Positions 63,872 to 64,000 of a stretch of DNA of 64,000 nt are shown here, in pieces. The translations under genes were made by a program, and so were the position numbers. The DNA comes from Somniosus microcephalus. Taxonomy: Eukaryota. Location: NCBI GenBank assembly GCA_052327205.1, contig CM126214.1:102300001-102364000 (forward strand), given 5' to 3'. The notes beneath the pieces were generated by a model, which did no database searches, had not been told where the DNA came from, and saw nothing but the letters and a program-made list of their open reading frames with translations. Numbering within the stretch: the first letter of the stretch is position 1; each line of letters begins with the position of its first letter.

Positions 63872-64000
63872 TGTAAGGGGTTTTCTCCGATACTGGTCCC
63901 CCGTTAGGATTTATAATAACAAAATACACACGGCACAGGGTTTTGGCTCAACCTTTGATTCGTTCGCTTATTGAACACACACAAACAATTACTTCCCCAG
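63872..64000. mobile_element. Possible LTR edge, truncated by the window end
   Basis: Starts TGTAAGGGG with a compositional shift. The other end is not visible. Confidence 0.3.

Overview
This is vertebrate genomic DNA, almost certainly a shark (inferred from the CR1, Penelope and SacSINE1/DeuSINE-type repeat content). The window is dominated by transposons and split by a 500-N scaffold gap (46345-46844). Host genes: a complete 3-exon GCNT7-like glycosyltransferase on + (27861-35251, 414 aa) lies antisense, downstream of an RTF2 exon on - (39478-39556), matching the nested human arrangement as I recall it. A later RTF2 exon sits on the + strand beyond the gap (63289-63343), so the contigs are probably misoriented or the locus is inverted. 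Notable mobile DNA: (1) a near-intact RTE-X-like LINE with an SGNH-esterase ORF1 and one stop codon in ORF2, inserted in a CT microsatellite within a Helitron-like, promoter-like segment; (2) a palindromic Penelope insertion carrying two minimal hammerhead ribozyme motifs; (3) a Tigger-like MITE with a variable internal array of palindromes; (4) a family of Harbinger-like hairpin MITEs; (5) three short solo LTRs with 5-bp target-site duplications (TSDs); (6) a tRNA-headed CR1/Zenon-like LINE. There is no CRISPR, rRNA or true tRNA gene. All family names come from motif recognition, not database searches.
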